Virus record (IMG/VR): IMGVR_UViG_3300025287_000001
Length of the DNA: 64,000 nucleotides
Source: an uncultured virus (IMG/VR IMGVR_UViG_3300025287_000001)
Lineage: Duplodnaviria > Heunggongvirae > Uroviricota > Caudoviricetes
Strand: one strand, 5' to 3'
The translations under genes were made by a program, and so were the position numbers. This document shows positions 20,104 through 30,714 of this stretch, in pieces. The notes beneath the pieces are model-generated. The model saw nothing but the letters and a program-made list of their open reading frames with translations. It was not told the DNA's origin and did no database searches. Positions within the stretch are counted from its first letter, which is position 1. Each line of letters starts with the position of its first letter.

Positions 20104-23100
20104 AAATCACACTCCCCAGATTCAGAAAGAATATCTTTGTCCGTTTCGTTATCCTTCGAAGAATCTTTGTCTGTTCTATCTATATTCGAACCGAACAAAG
20201 CAAGATAAACAAACCCATAAGGAGTAACAGGAGGCCCTATTCCAAACGGGATAACGTTTGCAGGCAGCAAACTAAGAGAAGCCGCCAGAACTGGTATCTT
20301 CTTACCGGATATAATGTGTATCTTCGAAGCGATAGATATATTTGGGTCAGCAGACTCAACAAACCCTTTAAAGATTTGTATAGGAGCCTGGAGGGCGGCT
20401 CTTATTCCGAAACTCGTGCCGGGGAGTCCAGATACAAATAACTCGCACCTACTCTTTTTCTTCTTGAAGATGGAATTGAAAAATGCGTTCTCTATAACAC
20501 TCTTTTGCATACCGAATAAATCTTCTCTATCTTCAAAGCAATCAGGAAATACCTCGTCTCTCAAGAGATAATCTGTGCTCATGCACTTCACATGCCTTAT
20601 TATCTCCTGCCTGACAGGGAGCCACACTTCCTCCAAGCCAGTAACACTCGTTATAGTCTCTATACAGTGTATATTCAAAAAAGAAACAAGATCTTTAAAG
20701 TGCATAATATCTTCAAATAGAAATTTAACATCAGGACTTTCTGATAAGCCATTAACCAAGAAAGTCCTGATGTTATCGTCATATCCGAATATATTATTGT
20801 CTACATCGCTAACCTTCGTATTCTCGCTATACAATGTAGAGAACGGAGTCTCAAACGACGAAATAGGCACAACATACCTTTTGCCACCAGATACATCAAA
20901 CAAGCCGTATAACTTTTCTTGCTCTGACCTAGAAAAAGCCGCCTGAGTGTTCGTGAGATTATTGCTCGTCAATATACTCTCAGAAACCAATCTAATTCCT
21001 ATATTGATACTATCGAAAACATCAAGAACAGCATCGGAAAGAAATCCTCCAGACACCAAGGCCGAATTGAGTCTTTCCAGGGAAACTACACTAAGGACTC
21101 CCTTTTCTATAGCAAGAGAAGAGCACAGTTGATCATTGTCACACTTTATTCTTGCATACCTCTCTAGATACAGCCCCTGATCTGCATCTCCCTCAAAATC
21201 AAGATCAGTCCTTGCCGGGGATCTCTCGCTAAGTGAGTCAAAAATATACGGGATAAGTCTCTTCGACTCGATTAACGAATTAAATATTGAAAATATATCA
21301 GTGAGAGAAGACGTAATAATATCATCATACAGCAAAGATAGTGATTCTTCGAAGCCATTTCCATCACCCGACTTGCTTATTATTTCTTTAACAGTTTCCC
21401 TGTCTTCTCTAACATATGAGTTAATTTCTGACTTTATATTTCCAAGAATATACTTCTTCAAGAATTTATCGTTAGGATCTATAACTCCTAACGAGCCAAA
21501 GAAGAACACTGCTCTTGTAAGGTAATCAAAGAGAAATACTCTCATGTAAATTCTAGCGAAGCTGTCCTGAGTACTGTCTTTCATTATTTCTTCAGGAACC
21601 GCATTAATCTTCTGGCAGTTGGAATTAAATAACGAATCTTTTGACTTTACCTTCTCTCTACCGATTTTGAGAGGGTTGTTAGCCCCGCATGAGTTAATGC
21701 CCCTAGGGGCCAAATTGATTCCTTCTATCTCGTAGGACGAACTCGAACCCAGTAACCCCCCTTCTTCTTGCGATTCAGCGATAAGAAATCTACTTCTAAT
21801 GATATTTTCAGATACTACATCAAAAAAGTTACTGTATATCTTATCATATAAATCAGATCCAATTGCCTCTCTTATGTCAGAGGGGACTGGCTCGCTTAAC
21901 GATTTGTTGATTATAAAGGTAGCAAAAGCACTTCTTTCAATTTCACTAAACGAATCGCCAGAGTTTGATAGACTCTTTATTCTGGTAAACCTATCTCTAT
22001 TTAAGATTCTTGAGATACTACTAACACCCTTTGAGATTGAAACTCTTCCAAGTTCATCTATGTATGACAGAGACATGTTAGACGATGTTGTCTTAGTATC
22101 TCTTAACTGAGGGCCAAAAACAGCAGAGTTGATGAAATCTATATCTGAAGATTTGCCCGGAATCTCTAGTGTCTGCACAAACAGCCCAGAATCATTTTCT
22201 CCCAAATCACTGACAACAGAAGTATACTCAGGGGCTACTCTCCTGACTGGTATGTCGAGAGGGTATGTTGGAGTATCCTCTCCTTTATACGAAAGTATAT
22301 CTTCTTCCTCCACCCCGTTAGATACCAGACTCACGAGTAGTGGGTTTAAGATAGGATCATTATTATCTGTGCTTAAACCCACCTGGGTTGGTGTTACAGT
22401 CTTTGGTACTTGCCTCTTCTCTAGCGAAGGAAAAATAACAGAATCTGACCATCGAGATGCGGCAGAAGTAAACTCTTCGGATATGGAATCATACATATAC
22501 GAAATCCCGTCCATATATGACTGAAGCTCAAACTTCTTATCTTCAGTAATCTCTCCATTTTCATAGCATCTATTAAAATCTTCATTAGCGAGAGGATCTT
22601 CGAGCAACTCTTGTATAGAATCTCTTAATTCATCAATCTCTCTGTTTGATTGTTCTATCTGCCTATCTATCTCATCTTCCGGTATGTTGTACAGCCTAAG
22701 TCTATTTTTGATTAGTGCATTAAAATCGTCTTCACAATTAGGAGATTTTGGCAACAATATATCAACCGTTCGATCAGGGTTATCTATACCAACCTCATCC
22801 AGAAAATCTCTGCACTGATCAATAGCAAAATCTTTACCAAAACTATGAAAGAAATCTCTTATCTTGTCTTCGGTGTTGTAATACCTGGAGAGTAGCGGAT
22901 ACCCTTGCCTTATCTTGCTCTTTGCCGATGATAGGGTTTGGTTCCCAGCCTCTCCGTTTACCAATCTGCATATATCTATCGGAGAAAAATCATCAACCAC
23001 ATCTCCAAAAGCCCCCTTGCCCTCTTCTGTGATTTCTTCAATTATCTCGGGCGGGACTCCTTTATCTTTGGCATCATCACCAAACACAGGGAAAATAGGA

Positions 23101-26100
23101 GGAAAGAAGAATATAGGCCCTCCACCAAAACCAATCCCAAGACCGTCACATTTAATGTCGAGAGAGAAATCCAGAGCAAGCTTAATCTTTCTTTTGAATA
23201 GTTCTAGTGCAATATCAAATTGCCTCTCTAGTAAGAAAGATAAATCAACACTCTTTAAGTTTATTATAGGAAGATACGGCAAGAAAGGCATCTTGAAGTC
23301 AAAAGGTGCGCCGTTCGCTATGCCGCTAAATTTCTTTGAGACATACTCCAAGGACTCGCTAGTCATCTTGGCCCTTGATTGTATAGATTCTATAGTATCA
23401 TCAATGATATTAATCGCATCGTCAAAAGAAACATTCTCTAAATATTCCCTGGCCTCTTCTAATCCTTGCTCCAATAAGGCGATAAGCTCGTCTTTGCTTT
23501 CTTCTACCTCTCTTAGGATTTCCGTTATAACTTCGCTTATCTTGCCGGATACTTCCACCCTACACCTAGATGATGAGTCTAGAACATCGTAGTAAAGCCT
23601 TCTAAGCTCTTCATAGGTTAAAGGAGTGCCTTGCAACTTTTCCAGTAACTGCTGATAACAGGACTTTGTAAAAGTAAAAATCTCCTGCAACCTCATTTCT
23701 ATGCCAAGTAAAAACTCGAAAAAAGAGATTAAGGCTTGATTGAATCCCTCTAGAAAGAGATCAGAATAACGATCAAGAACATCTGAGGCTATTTCTATTA
23801 TATCAGAAGATATTACTCTATACCTTACAATAACTTCTTGTTCTTTCTCTAGTAATGCCTCTATAAAGTTTACTAATTCTTCGGAGAAATCAACAAAATC
23901 ATCCAACAAGTCCTTTATCTTTACGGTTGGGTTATCTCTAATATACTCTAGAATATCCTGAATAGTTTGTTCGTCTACTACTTCACTTACTACCTCTTCT
24001 GCGTCTCTTATGATATCGTCTATCTCTTCTCCGTTCGAGATAGCCTCTAATATCTTTCCCTTTACCTCCTCTGCTTTCTCAATATATGGATTTGCCACTC
24101 TATCATAAACAGTGCCTATGATAGCTTGAACAACTTCTTCAGACTCTAATACGATTTGCTTATGCTTTTCTTTTGCAATCTCTATAAAAGACTCTTTGGC
24201 ATCTTCATTAAAGATACCCCCAAGCTCAGAGATAATATCAACATAAGCCTGTTCAATTTCTTTCGCAACCGAGTCAGGGATAATACCACCCAGCCTCCTT
24301 ATCGGGGGAGGTTCTTCTCCTGATTCAACAGATTCGTAATACTCTTTGGAGTTTTCTTCTGCCTCCGAGGGCAGGTCCTGAATAGCCTCCTCGGAAGCCT
24401 CAGAGACGCCCTCAGCGATTACATCCGCCTCGCTAGATACTGACCCCTCAACAGCGCTTGAAACCTCTTGAGAGCCCTCAGATAACGTTTTAGAAGGAAT
24501 CCTGCCTAGCTCCACGCTCTTTTTAAATTCAACCAAGTGGTCGTATATTTTCTGGACTACCGCCTCGCCAGTTGTCTCTAAAACACCAGTAACCTCGTTA
24601 ATCGTATTCTGGACTTCTTCTGATTTATCGGCTGCAATCTCTATTTGGTTCTTTATTTGAGACTCTACAGAATCTATATCTTGCTCTAAACCTGAAGCCA
24701 CTTCCTGAGCATATGACACGCAAGCCTCGGAAGCTTCCTCTATAGAATTTTCAACATCTTCTCTTATTTTCTTGGATTTTCTATCAAATTTAGACAGTTT
24801 CTCCCTCAAGTCATCATATAGTCTGTTGTCTATTAAATCTCCAGCGCCTACATCAATATTATACTCACAAAGGAAAAACTCATTAAAGATAGAACCTACA
24901 TCAATCCTTAACAAATCTCCTATAGAGAGAGAATCAATTGAGGATAGGAGATCAAAGTTCTGATCATCCTCTACGATTAACTCATCCAGTTTGTTTAGAT
25001 TCTGCGGGCTCTGGAGGAGAAGGTCTCTGCTTATCTCCTTTCTCTTGGAGGATGCCGTTCTTGGTGCTTCTAGGGACCTTTCTTTCGCAATTCTAGCAAT
25101 CTCTTGATTTTCTGATCTAGACTCGCCAAAATTAACTTTTTCGCCTTCACCAAGGAACTCAAGGACTGAATCTATAGAAATCTTGGTTTCATCAATATGA
25201 GAAATCTTTCTTAAATTCCTGATAATGTTAACAGATTTGGGATTATTATACTTTGAATCTAGAATTATCTCTATATCGGATTCCAAGGGAAAATATCCCC
25301 TTCCATCTTTCACGAGGGATATGTACCGAATTTTTTCTGAATTTACATAAACACTCAACAAATCAGAATCTTTAAAATTATCTTCTATAAACTCTGAAAA
25401 TGTCTTCAAGAACTCGATCCTAGAATCAAACAAGTTGCTATTAAATCTAGTCGATTTTTTGCTTGATGATCTAAAGAATGAAATCTTTCTACGAGATTTT
25501 TCGAGATGCTTTCTCACCTCCCTCAAGCTAAAACTATGCTTTTCCAGGCTTCTATATTCCGAGGGAAGACTCTTGTAAGATATCTTGTCGCCATCCTCAA
25601 AAACATCATGTTTGAAGTCAACAAGATATCTTATTGATTTCGGAAACTTCACCAGCGAAACTGAAGATCCGCCAGAATCAGGGAATATCTTGTATCTATC
25701 GACGTAAAACAGAGACTTTAGTGATTCGTTTTCTTCGAACATATTCGCAGAGAATCTTTCCAATACCCTGCTCTTTGCTTCTTCTCTAATGAAAGAAAGT
25801 TCTTCTTCTAGCGTTATATCGTTGCTCATTCTTGGGCGAAATTGGATGAAATAATCATAAAAATCATCACCCTCAAGCACAGTCCCGTCCTTCAAGAACT
25901 GCCATCCCGGCCCTAACAAAGATAGGTCTCGTCCTTCGCTTAACGGAAATTTTTCAAGCTCAACCTCATCAAAAGTAACAACTCCATTTTCTTGCCTCGA
26001 AGCGGAAATAAGATCCGGTTGAGACATTCTCAGGAATCTTTTGTAGTTCCTAGAATCACTCTCGCCAGATTCACGAATCGCAATTTCATCCAAGAATACC

Positions 26101-26162
26101 TTCTTAATGTTTTCATATCGTGAATCTGAGAAAATGTTATTTGTCTTTATCTCAATTGACAT
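20100..26162 (-). CDS. Large acidic, helical virion-associated protein (2020 aa)
   Basis: Long ORF between spike and gp25; E/D-rich heptad-like centre; hydrophobic P/G-rich C-terminal segment. Confidence 0.65.
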   Translation of the reverse strand: MSIEIKTNNIFSDSRYENIKKVFLDEIAIRESGESDSRNYKRFLRMSQPDLISASRQENGVVTFDEVELEKFPLSEGRDLSLLGPGWQFLKDGTVLEGDDFYDYFIQFRPRMSNDITLEEELSFIREEAKSRVLERFSANMFEENESLKSLFYVDRYKIFPDSGGSSVSLVKFPKSIRYLVDFKHDVFEDGDKISYKSLPSEYRSLEKHSFSLREVRKHLEKSRRKISFFRSSSKKSTRFNSNLFDSRIEFLKTFSEFIEDNFKDSDLLSVYVNSEKIRYISLVKDGRGYFPLESDIEIILDSKYNNPKSVNIIRNLRKISHIDETKISIDSVLEFLGEGEKVNFGESRSENQEIARIAKERSLEAPRTASSKRKEISRDLLLQSPQNLNKLDELIVEDDQNFDLLSSIDSLSIGDLLRIDVGSIFNEFFLCEYNIDVGAGDLIDNRLYDDLREKLSKFDRKSKKIREDVENSIEEASEACVSYAQEVASGLEQDIDSVESQIKNQIEIAADKSEEVQNTINEVTGVLETTGEAVVQKIYDHLVEFKKSVELGRIPSKTLSEGSQEVSSAVEGSVSSEADVIAEGVSEASEEAIQDLPSEAEENSKEYYESVESGEEPPPIRRLGGIIPDSVAKEIEQAYVDIISELGGIFNEDAKESFIEIAKEKHKQIVLESEEVVQAIIGTVYDRVANPYIEKAEEVKGKILEAISNGEEIDDIIRDAEEVVSEVVDEQTIQDILEYIRDNPTVKIKDLLDDFVDFSEELVNFIEALLEKEQEVIVRYRVISSDIIEIASDVLDRYSDLFLEGFNQALISFFEFLLGIEMRLQEIFTFTKSCYQQLLEKLQGTPLTYEELRRLYYDVLDSSSRCRVEVSGKISEVITEILREVEESKDELIALLEQGLEEAREYLENVSFDDAINIIDDTIESIQSRAKMTSESLEYVSKKFSGIANGAPFDFKMPFLPYLPIINLKSVDLSFLLERQFDIALELFKRKIKLALDFSLDIKCDGLGIGFGGGPIFFFPPIFPVFGDDAKDKGVPPEIIEEITEEGKGAFGDVVDDFSPIDICRLVNGEAGNQTLSSAKSKIRQGYPLLSRYYNTEDKIRDFFHSFGKDFAIDQCRDFLDEVGIDNPDRTVDILLPKSPNCEDDFNALIKNRLRLYNIPEDEIDRQIEQSNREIDELRDSIQELLEDPLANEDFNRCYENGEITEDKKFELQSYMDGISYMYDSISEEFTSAASRWSDSVIFPSLEKRQVPKTVTPTQVGLSTDNNDPILNPLLVSLVSNGVEEEDILSYKGEDTPTYPLDIPVRRVAPEYTSVVSDLGENDSGLFVQTLEIPGKSSDIDFINSAVFGPQLRDTKTTSSNMSLSYIDELGRVSISKGVSSISRILNRDRFTRIKSLSNSGDSFSEIERSAFATFIINKSLSEPVPSDIREAIGSDLYDKIYSNFFDVVSENIIRSRFLIAESQEEGGLLGSSSSYEIEGINLAPRGINSCGANNPLKIGREKVKSKDSLFNSNCQKINAVPEEIMKDSTQDSFARIYMRVFLFDYLTRAVFFFGSLGVIDPNDKFLKKYILGNIKSEINSYVREDRETVKEIISKSGDGNGFEESLSLLYDDIITSSLTDIFSIFNSLIESKRLIPYIFDSLSERSPARTDLDFEGDADQGLYLERYARIKCDNDQLCSSLAIEKGVLSVVSLERLNSALVSGGFLSDAVLDVFDSINIGIRLVSESILTSNNLTNTQAAFSRSEQEKLYGLFDVSGGKRYVVPISSFETPFSTLYSENTKVSDVDNNIFGYDDNIRTFLVNGLSESPDVKFLFEDIMHFKDLVSFLNIHCIETITSVTGLEEVWLPVRQEIIRHVKCMSTDYLLRDEVFPDCFEDREDLFGMQKSVIENAFFNSIFKKKKSRCELFVSGLPGTSFGIRAALQAPIQIFKGFVESADPNISIASKIHIISGKKIPVLAASLSLLPANVIPFGIGPPVTPYGFVYLALFGSNIDRTDKDSSKDNETDKDILSESGECDL

Positions 26163-27078
26163 TATTGAAGGAACTCCTGATATTTTTGTTACTTGCCTTC
26201 TTTAGGTAGTTGTTCTTTATATTGATAATATTTCTCTCGATTGATGAAATTTGCTGCTCATATAACGTAAAATTGTATGACGAAGCTGCCGCGCCAGATA
26301 TCACCAAAGCATCAGAAGGTGATGTTGGGGCACCAAAAAATGGAGAAATATGCATATGTCTAGCAATCTCGCTAAAATATTTTTGATACACTTTCTTTGT
26401 TGTTCTCATTAATGAGCATATATCAAGAAGCCTATCACACATATCAATCATTAGATCGTTAACATTATCACCAAGTAGCATTGGTTGAAGAGTATCTTCG
26501 TTATTCCCTGCTATAATATCGACCCCTGAGATGATATCAACTCTTTCTCCTCTAGAATCCAAGACATCAGTCCCTGTAACAATCTTTACTCCTCTTCTCG
26601 CTACAATCCTTATCTCATCTGACTTCAGGCCTATTGAAGATCTAGCCTTTGAGGAGCCTATTCTGCCATCAGCAAGGCTCATGTACTCATCTATATTTGA
26701 CTTTTGAGAGATGTATATTCTTGATGCATCTGTGGTAAAATTTGGTTCCGCAACAATCTGAGAACCTGATTGATCAACTCCGGTAGGGTTATGAGACATC
26801 CTGCCGACAACTATATCAACCATGCCTGCTTGCTCCGAGCCAGAGCCCCCATAGCCACTTATCTTCGTGTTCGGCCTATCTCTCCCCAGTACAATATAAG
26901 TGTTGTTTTTCCCAGAGATAACCTTTTCACAATCTGCTCTATTAAACTCCGGCAGTGGCTCTATTTTGTTCCTGCATGCCTTACCTGAAGTTACAACAGA
27001 CCTGTTGACCGGCTCTATCCTCTCTACCATCTTGTAGTATTCGGGCGAGAGTTTCTTTAGTCTCTTTAAGTCTGTCAT
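26152..27078 (-). CDS. Baseplate central spike-like protein
   Basis: IVLGRDRP motif, beta-strand repeats, C-terminal HxH (HMHISP) as in contractile-tail spike tips. Confidence 0.65.
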   Translation of the reverse strand: MTDLKRLKKLSPEYYKMVERIEPVNRSVVTSGKACRNKIEPLPEFNRADCEKVISGKNNTYIVLGRDRPNTKISGYGGSGSEQAGMVDIVVGRMSHNPTGVDQSGSQIVAEPNFTTDASRIYISQKSNIDEYMSLADGRIGSSKARSSIGLKSDEIRIVARRGVKIVTGTDVLDSRGERVDIISGVDIIAGNNEDTLQPMLLGDNVNDLMIDMCDRLLDICSLMRTTKKVYQKYFSEIARHMHISPFFGAPTSPSDALVISGAAASSYNFTLYEQQISSIERNIINIKNNYLKKASNKNIRSSFNNVN

Positions 27079-28709
27079 ACTCGATCGCTCTCAAAGCCAA
27101 ATTCTCTGGGGCCGAAGCTCCTTGAAGTAGTCTTTAGGCCAGTTCTGTTGCTAGTTTCGGTAACTCTTATGGAGTAATCATATCTTCCTTGTTCTAGCTC
27201 GGGAGCAAACTCCTCGCCAGTCTTCCAGTTTTCTCTTGGTATCAAAATCTCCCAGTGCCAAGCTTCTATACTAAGAGGGGTTATCCCGTAAAGATGAGCA
27301 TTATCTCTTAAGAATTTCCAAAAAGTAGTCTGCTTATACTTGGACTCTCTCCTAGAAGAAGTAAATAATCCGTTGCAATAAAAATCAATGCATAGCCCAG
27401 TCCCGTGAGGAGAATCCCAGGCAAGATACTTTCTGCCTCTAGAAACAGAGCCGTACTCGTCTATCAATCTTTGCTCAAACAGTTCTCGCACTGTAGCATT
27501 AGGATTTCTTCTCCTGTATGCGACAACATTCCTTAATGGCGTCTTTCTAGAGAGGAGTTGCTGTTCACTATAAGTCTTTAACCATTTATGCTTTTCGCTC
27601 TTTACTGCTCTCAATCCTGAGATTATTTTTATCGGCTCCGCTCTTTCTCTCAGAAAATAGTCTTTTGACGGGTTATCGTTATGTTGTCTGAAGCTATCAA
27701 TTACTTTGCCCCCGAACTCTCTCTGCCAATGATTAGATAACGCAACAAGCCTAGGGTATACCAAACTGTGTACATATATCGTTCTCCCTGCATAGCACAT
27801 TTCTTCAGGAAGCTTGACCATATTACTGAAATCTTTCTTTCCGGGTGCAAAGCTATCTAGCCTCACTCTGTTTTGAGAATATCTCTTGGAGGGCTTTATT
27901 TCTACTGTGGTGCTTGTAGATTGAAAATTCTCAACACCCGCAGAGCCACCAGAAACCCTAGGAAATGAAGTGCACTCAGGCGCTCTCTGCTGCCTTTCTT
28001 CCAGGCTTTGGAGCTTGGCCTTGGCCTTCTCCATAAAGCTGCCCTCGGTGTCTCCTGACGGGCTTCTAGCGTCATGCTCAACAAGGTCAGAGCAACCAGA
28101 AAACGCCGAACTAGTCGAGGTATACGTATCGGCACCTATATTAACTTTGGCCTGACCTGCTTTTTTAACAAATGTTGGGTTAGCGAGCGTTCTATTATTC
28201 TCAAACTGAATATAGACGATATCCCCAATCTCAGGTGTATATTCGTCAGAAGAGTGCACAAAGACCGTTGGCATCATGACAACTTGATTAATTGCGTTTT
28301 TCCTTTCTGTATCCGGTAAACTATTAAACTCATAAGGAAATTTAGGCAACGTGCTTGAGATAGGCATCATTCCAACCGGGTATACCTTCATGGCTGATGT
28401 CATGACCCCATTACTGTCACCTCCATACCCTTCCCCGACACAGAAAGATTGCTCTATAGAGTTCTGTACGTTGCCGAAGAACTGGCGGGCTTGGTCCAGA
28501 AACGGTATTTCTTCCTTGTAATAAACGATTGCTTTGATAGGCCCAATTGACTCAATCTTATCTGGGGTGAATAGCGTTCGTGTGACCACCTCCAGGGAAG
28601 AAGAAAACAGATCAAAGTTATAAGGATCGACAACCCTCTCTTTTCCTTGGTTCTCAGAATTTATTTCTTTATTAAGGGAAAAGAATAAATTTTTATCAAA
28701 GCAACTCAT
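27075..28709 (-). CDS. gp5-like hub protein with M15 (VanY-like) zinc peptidase domain
   Basis: PEIGDIVYIQFE OB-fold-like motif; SGLR..SPHGTGLCIDF..EAWHWE M15 motifs. Confidence 0.75.
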   Translation of the reverse strand: MSCFDKNLFFSLNKEINSENQGKERVVDPYNFDLFSSSLEVVTRTLFTPDKIESIGPIKAIVYYKEEIPFLDQARQFFGNVQNSIEQSFCVGEGYGGDSNGVMTSAMKVYPVGMMPISSTLPKFPYEFNSLPDTERKNAINQVVMMPTVFVHSSDEYTPEIGDIVYIQFENNRTLANPTFVKKAGQAKVNIGADTYTSTSSAFSGCSDLVEHDARSPSGDTEGSFMEKAKAKLQSLEERQQRAPECTSFPRVSGGSAGVENFQSTSTTVEIKPSKRYSQNRVRLDSFAPGKKDFSNMVKLPEEMCYAGRTIYVHSLVYPRLVALSNHWQREFGGKVIDSFRQHNDNPSKDYFLRERAEPIKIISGLRAVKSEKHKWLKTYSEQQLLSRKTPLRNVVAYRRRNPNATVRELFEQRLIDEYGSVSRGRKYLAWDSPHGTGLCIDFYCNGLFTSSRRESKYKQTTFWKFLRDNAHLYGITPLSIEAWHWEILIPRENWKTGEEFAPELEQGRYDYSIRVTETSNRTGLKTTSRSFGPREFGFESDRV

Positions 28710-28716
28710 ATTACTC

Positions 28717-28998
28717 CTACGTTATGTCTTCAAGTGTCAGCTCCGAAGGCAAATCATCTTCTTTCTCTTTCAGCATCTTATCAAGCGCCTGAGCAGCCTT
28801 GATAGACTGATCGTTGGTCTTAAGCAATTTGTCGATATACTTTTGCATAACCTCACCCATCGCATAATGACCTCCGTTGGAACTCATCTCATTTTTACAT
28901 TCCTCGATAAGAGAAATTATTTCTTCCCTATCTTCGTAGATATTCTTCAGAGTCTTATAAAGCTCTTTCTCCTGTCTATTACCATCTTCAGATGACAT
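28717..28998 (-). CDS. Hypothetical helical protein
   Basis: ORF overlapping the sigma-like gene stop. Confidence 0.7.
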   Translation of the reverse strand: MSSEDGNRQEKELYKTLKNIYEDREEIISLIEECKNEMSSNGGHYAMGEVMQKYIDKLLKTNDQSIKAAQALDKMLKEKEDDLPSELTLEDIT

Positions 28999-29662
28999 CT
29001 AAATTCTCCCAGTCATATAATATATCTTTAAAAACATCGGTAAACTTTCTTAGTAAAGAATATATCCTCGAGCGCTTTATACCTGTAATTTCAGAGATGT
29101 ACTTTCTCATAGCAGATTTTTTAATAATCTCTATGCTCTCTTCATTCTCGACAAGATACACAATGGCAGCATGGACTTTCTTTTCTTTTTCAGAATACTT
29201 ATCCAAGTCCAATTCCTTGAACCTCTTCAGGAAGTAGTGCACAAACTCCGCACTTTCCCTGTAGCTATGATAACTATCTTCTTCTGACATTGCAGACTCT
29301 ATATAAGGCAAATATACATCAACACTATGAGAACTTTCTTTCGATTTCTTCTTCTTTAATCTTTTATATTCCCCGAAAAACCAGTTCTTTACACATACTG
29401 TAAAGTATGAAAAAGCCTTCTTGTTCTTGGTAGGATCAAATTTATGCAAGATAGAAATCATATCTATCTTGCATCTGTACTTTACATCTTGAGCATTGGG
29501 CATCCTGTTAAACTCATAGTTTGCCGCAATACCGTCTATCAAGTCGTCAAGAGCATCATTGATATACTCTCTGAATAATCTATTCTTTTCATCGTAATCT
29601 TTTGAATTACAATAAGCAACTATTGCATCTTCATGTTCTTGAGTAAAATATTTATCAGCCAT
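28988..29662 (-). CDS. Phage sigma-factor-like protein (probable late sigma)
   Basis: YFTQEHEDAIVAY..KFDPTKNKKAFSYFTVCVKN region-2-like motif; C-terminal HTH (ISEITGIKRSRI). Confidence 0.7.
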   Translation of the reverse strand: MADKYFTQEHEDAIVAYCNSKDYDEKNRLFREYINDALDDLIDGIAANYEFNRMPNAQDVKYRCKIDMISILHKFDPTKNKKAFSYFTVCVKNWFFGEYKRLKKKKSKESSHSVDVYLPYIESAMSEEDSYHSYRESAEFVHYFLKRFKELDLDKYSEKEKKVHAAIVYLVENEESIEIIKKSAMRKYISEITGIKRSRIYSLLRKFTDVFKDILYDWENLDVI

Positions 29663-29936
29663 CTTCTATTTCAACACCCTTAGCCTCCAATACTTTTACT
29701 AAATCTTCTCTAAGCATCCTAGCAGACATGTACATTTTCGCAGACTCTTTGGAGGATAAGAAATGCTCAATATCAATTTCGTCCATTGTCTTCAGGAAGT
29801 CTTCTGTTCCCACCATAAGATTAAAGAAAGTATCTTTATCATCTTTTAGTGAATTATTAATCCACATTGCGCAAACAGAAAGTAATACCAAGGTCACTAC
29901 GTTTGTTATAGCCAAAACTACTATAGCTACTACCAT
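29655..29936 (-). CDS. Small membrane-anchored protein
   Basis: Hydrophobic N-terminal helix. Confidence 0.7.
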   Translation of the reverse strand: MVVAIVVLAITNVVTLVLLSVCAMWINNSLKDDKDTFFNLMVGTEDFLKTMDEIDIEHFLSSKESAKMYMSARMLREDLVKVLEAKGVEIEDG

Positions 29937-30184
29937 TCTATATCTCCTTCCATTTCTCTTCGTGCTTCTTTAATCATCTTCTTTTTATCTTCTAACAACT
30001 CTGATTTAACTTGGCTTAACGGCCTTGGGCCTTCTGCCTTTTTAACATGCATCGCAAAAGAAAGCGCCCTCTTCACCATTTTTGACTGGCAAAGAGGGCA
30101 CTCAGCGTTGTCTCTTTCTTTTGCTCTTTTATTAGCTTTAAAGTCGTTGTTGCACTCTTCACACTTGTAGGCGTAAATCGGCAT
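29930..30184 (-). CDS. FmdB-family zinc-ribbon protein
   Basis: MPIYAYKCEECNNDF..CPLCQS. Confidence 0.85.
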   Translation of the reverse strand: MPIYAYKCEECNNDFKANKRAKERDNAECPLCQSKMVKRALSFAMHVKKAEGPRPLSQVKSELLEDKKKMIKEARREMEGDIEW

Positions 30185-30433
30185 TCACTCATCCTTTTTT
30201 AGTAACGAATCTGGCGGGGTCATCCACTCTTCTGGGAAGTTGTTGACGTGGATCTGCTCCCCGATCGTGTGAAATTCTAGATCTTGAAGCGTATCAGCAA
30301 TACTCACATTATTGAATAATGCATGACGGAATCCCATAGCCAAGGCAGCAGAAGCCGACCTTGAGAGCCTGTAGGAGGCTTCTTCCAGAATAACTTCTTC
30401 TTCCATGTCCACATTCTCTTCATTGTTGTTCAT
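30185..30433 (-). CDS. Hypothetical protein
   Basis: Abutting ORF in operon. Confidence 0.65.
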   Translation of the reverse strand: MNNNEENVDMEEEVILEEASYRLSRSASAALAMGFRHALFNNVSIADTLQDLEFHTIGEQIHVNNFPEEWMTPPDSLLKKDE

Positions 30434-30714
30434 ACTAGTTTTCCTATAGTGTTTCTTACTTGATCATCTTTTAATTGAATCTCAAAATAAAACTGATTTG
30501 TTCTATAAAGAAAGAATGTCTTTCTTACGCCATGAAACCAAATTTCGATCCCATCTGTAGTCTTCTTATATTCCCATAAGGGATCTGAAGATGTGATATT
30601 AAATTCATGGATCTTAAACCCAATATCTTTCTTAGGAAATCCTACCTTCTCTAGCACTTGCCTGATTAGTTTCCTAATCTTATCTGACTCTTCTTGGCTT
30701 AGTTTTCTACCCAC
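30430..30714 (-). CDS. Hypothetical protein
   Basis: Overlapping ORF in operon. Confidence 0.6.
   Translation of the reverse strand: MGRKLSQEESDKIRKLIRQVLEKVGFPKKDIGFKIHEFNITSSDPLWEYKKTTDGIEIWFHGVRKTFFLYRTNQFYFEIQLKDDQVRNTIGKLV

Noticed and set aside
20100..26162. Tape-measure protein call for the 2020-aa ORF
   Set aside because: Helical but acidic rather than Ala/Gly-rich, and placed between spike and gp25; evidence insufficient
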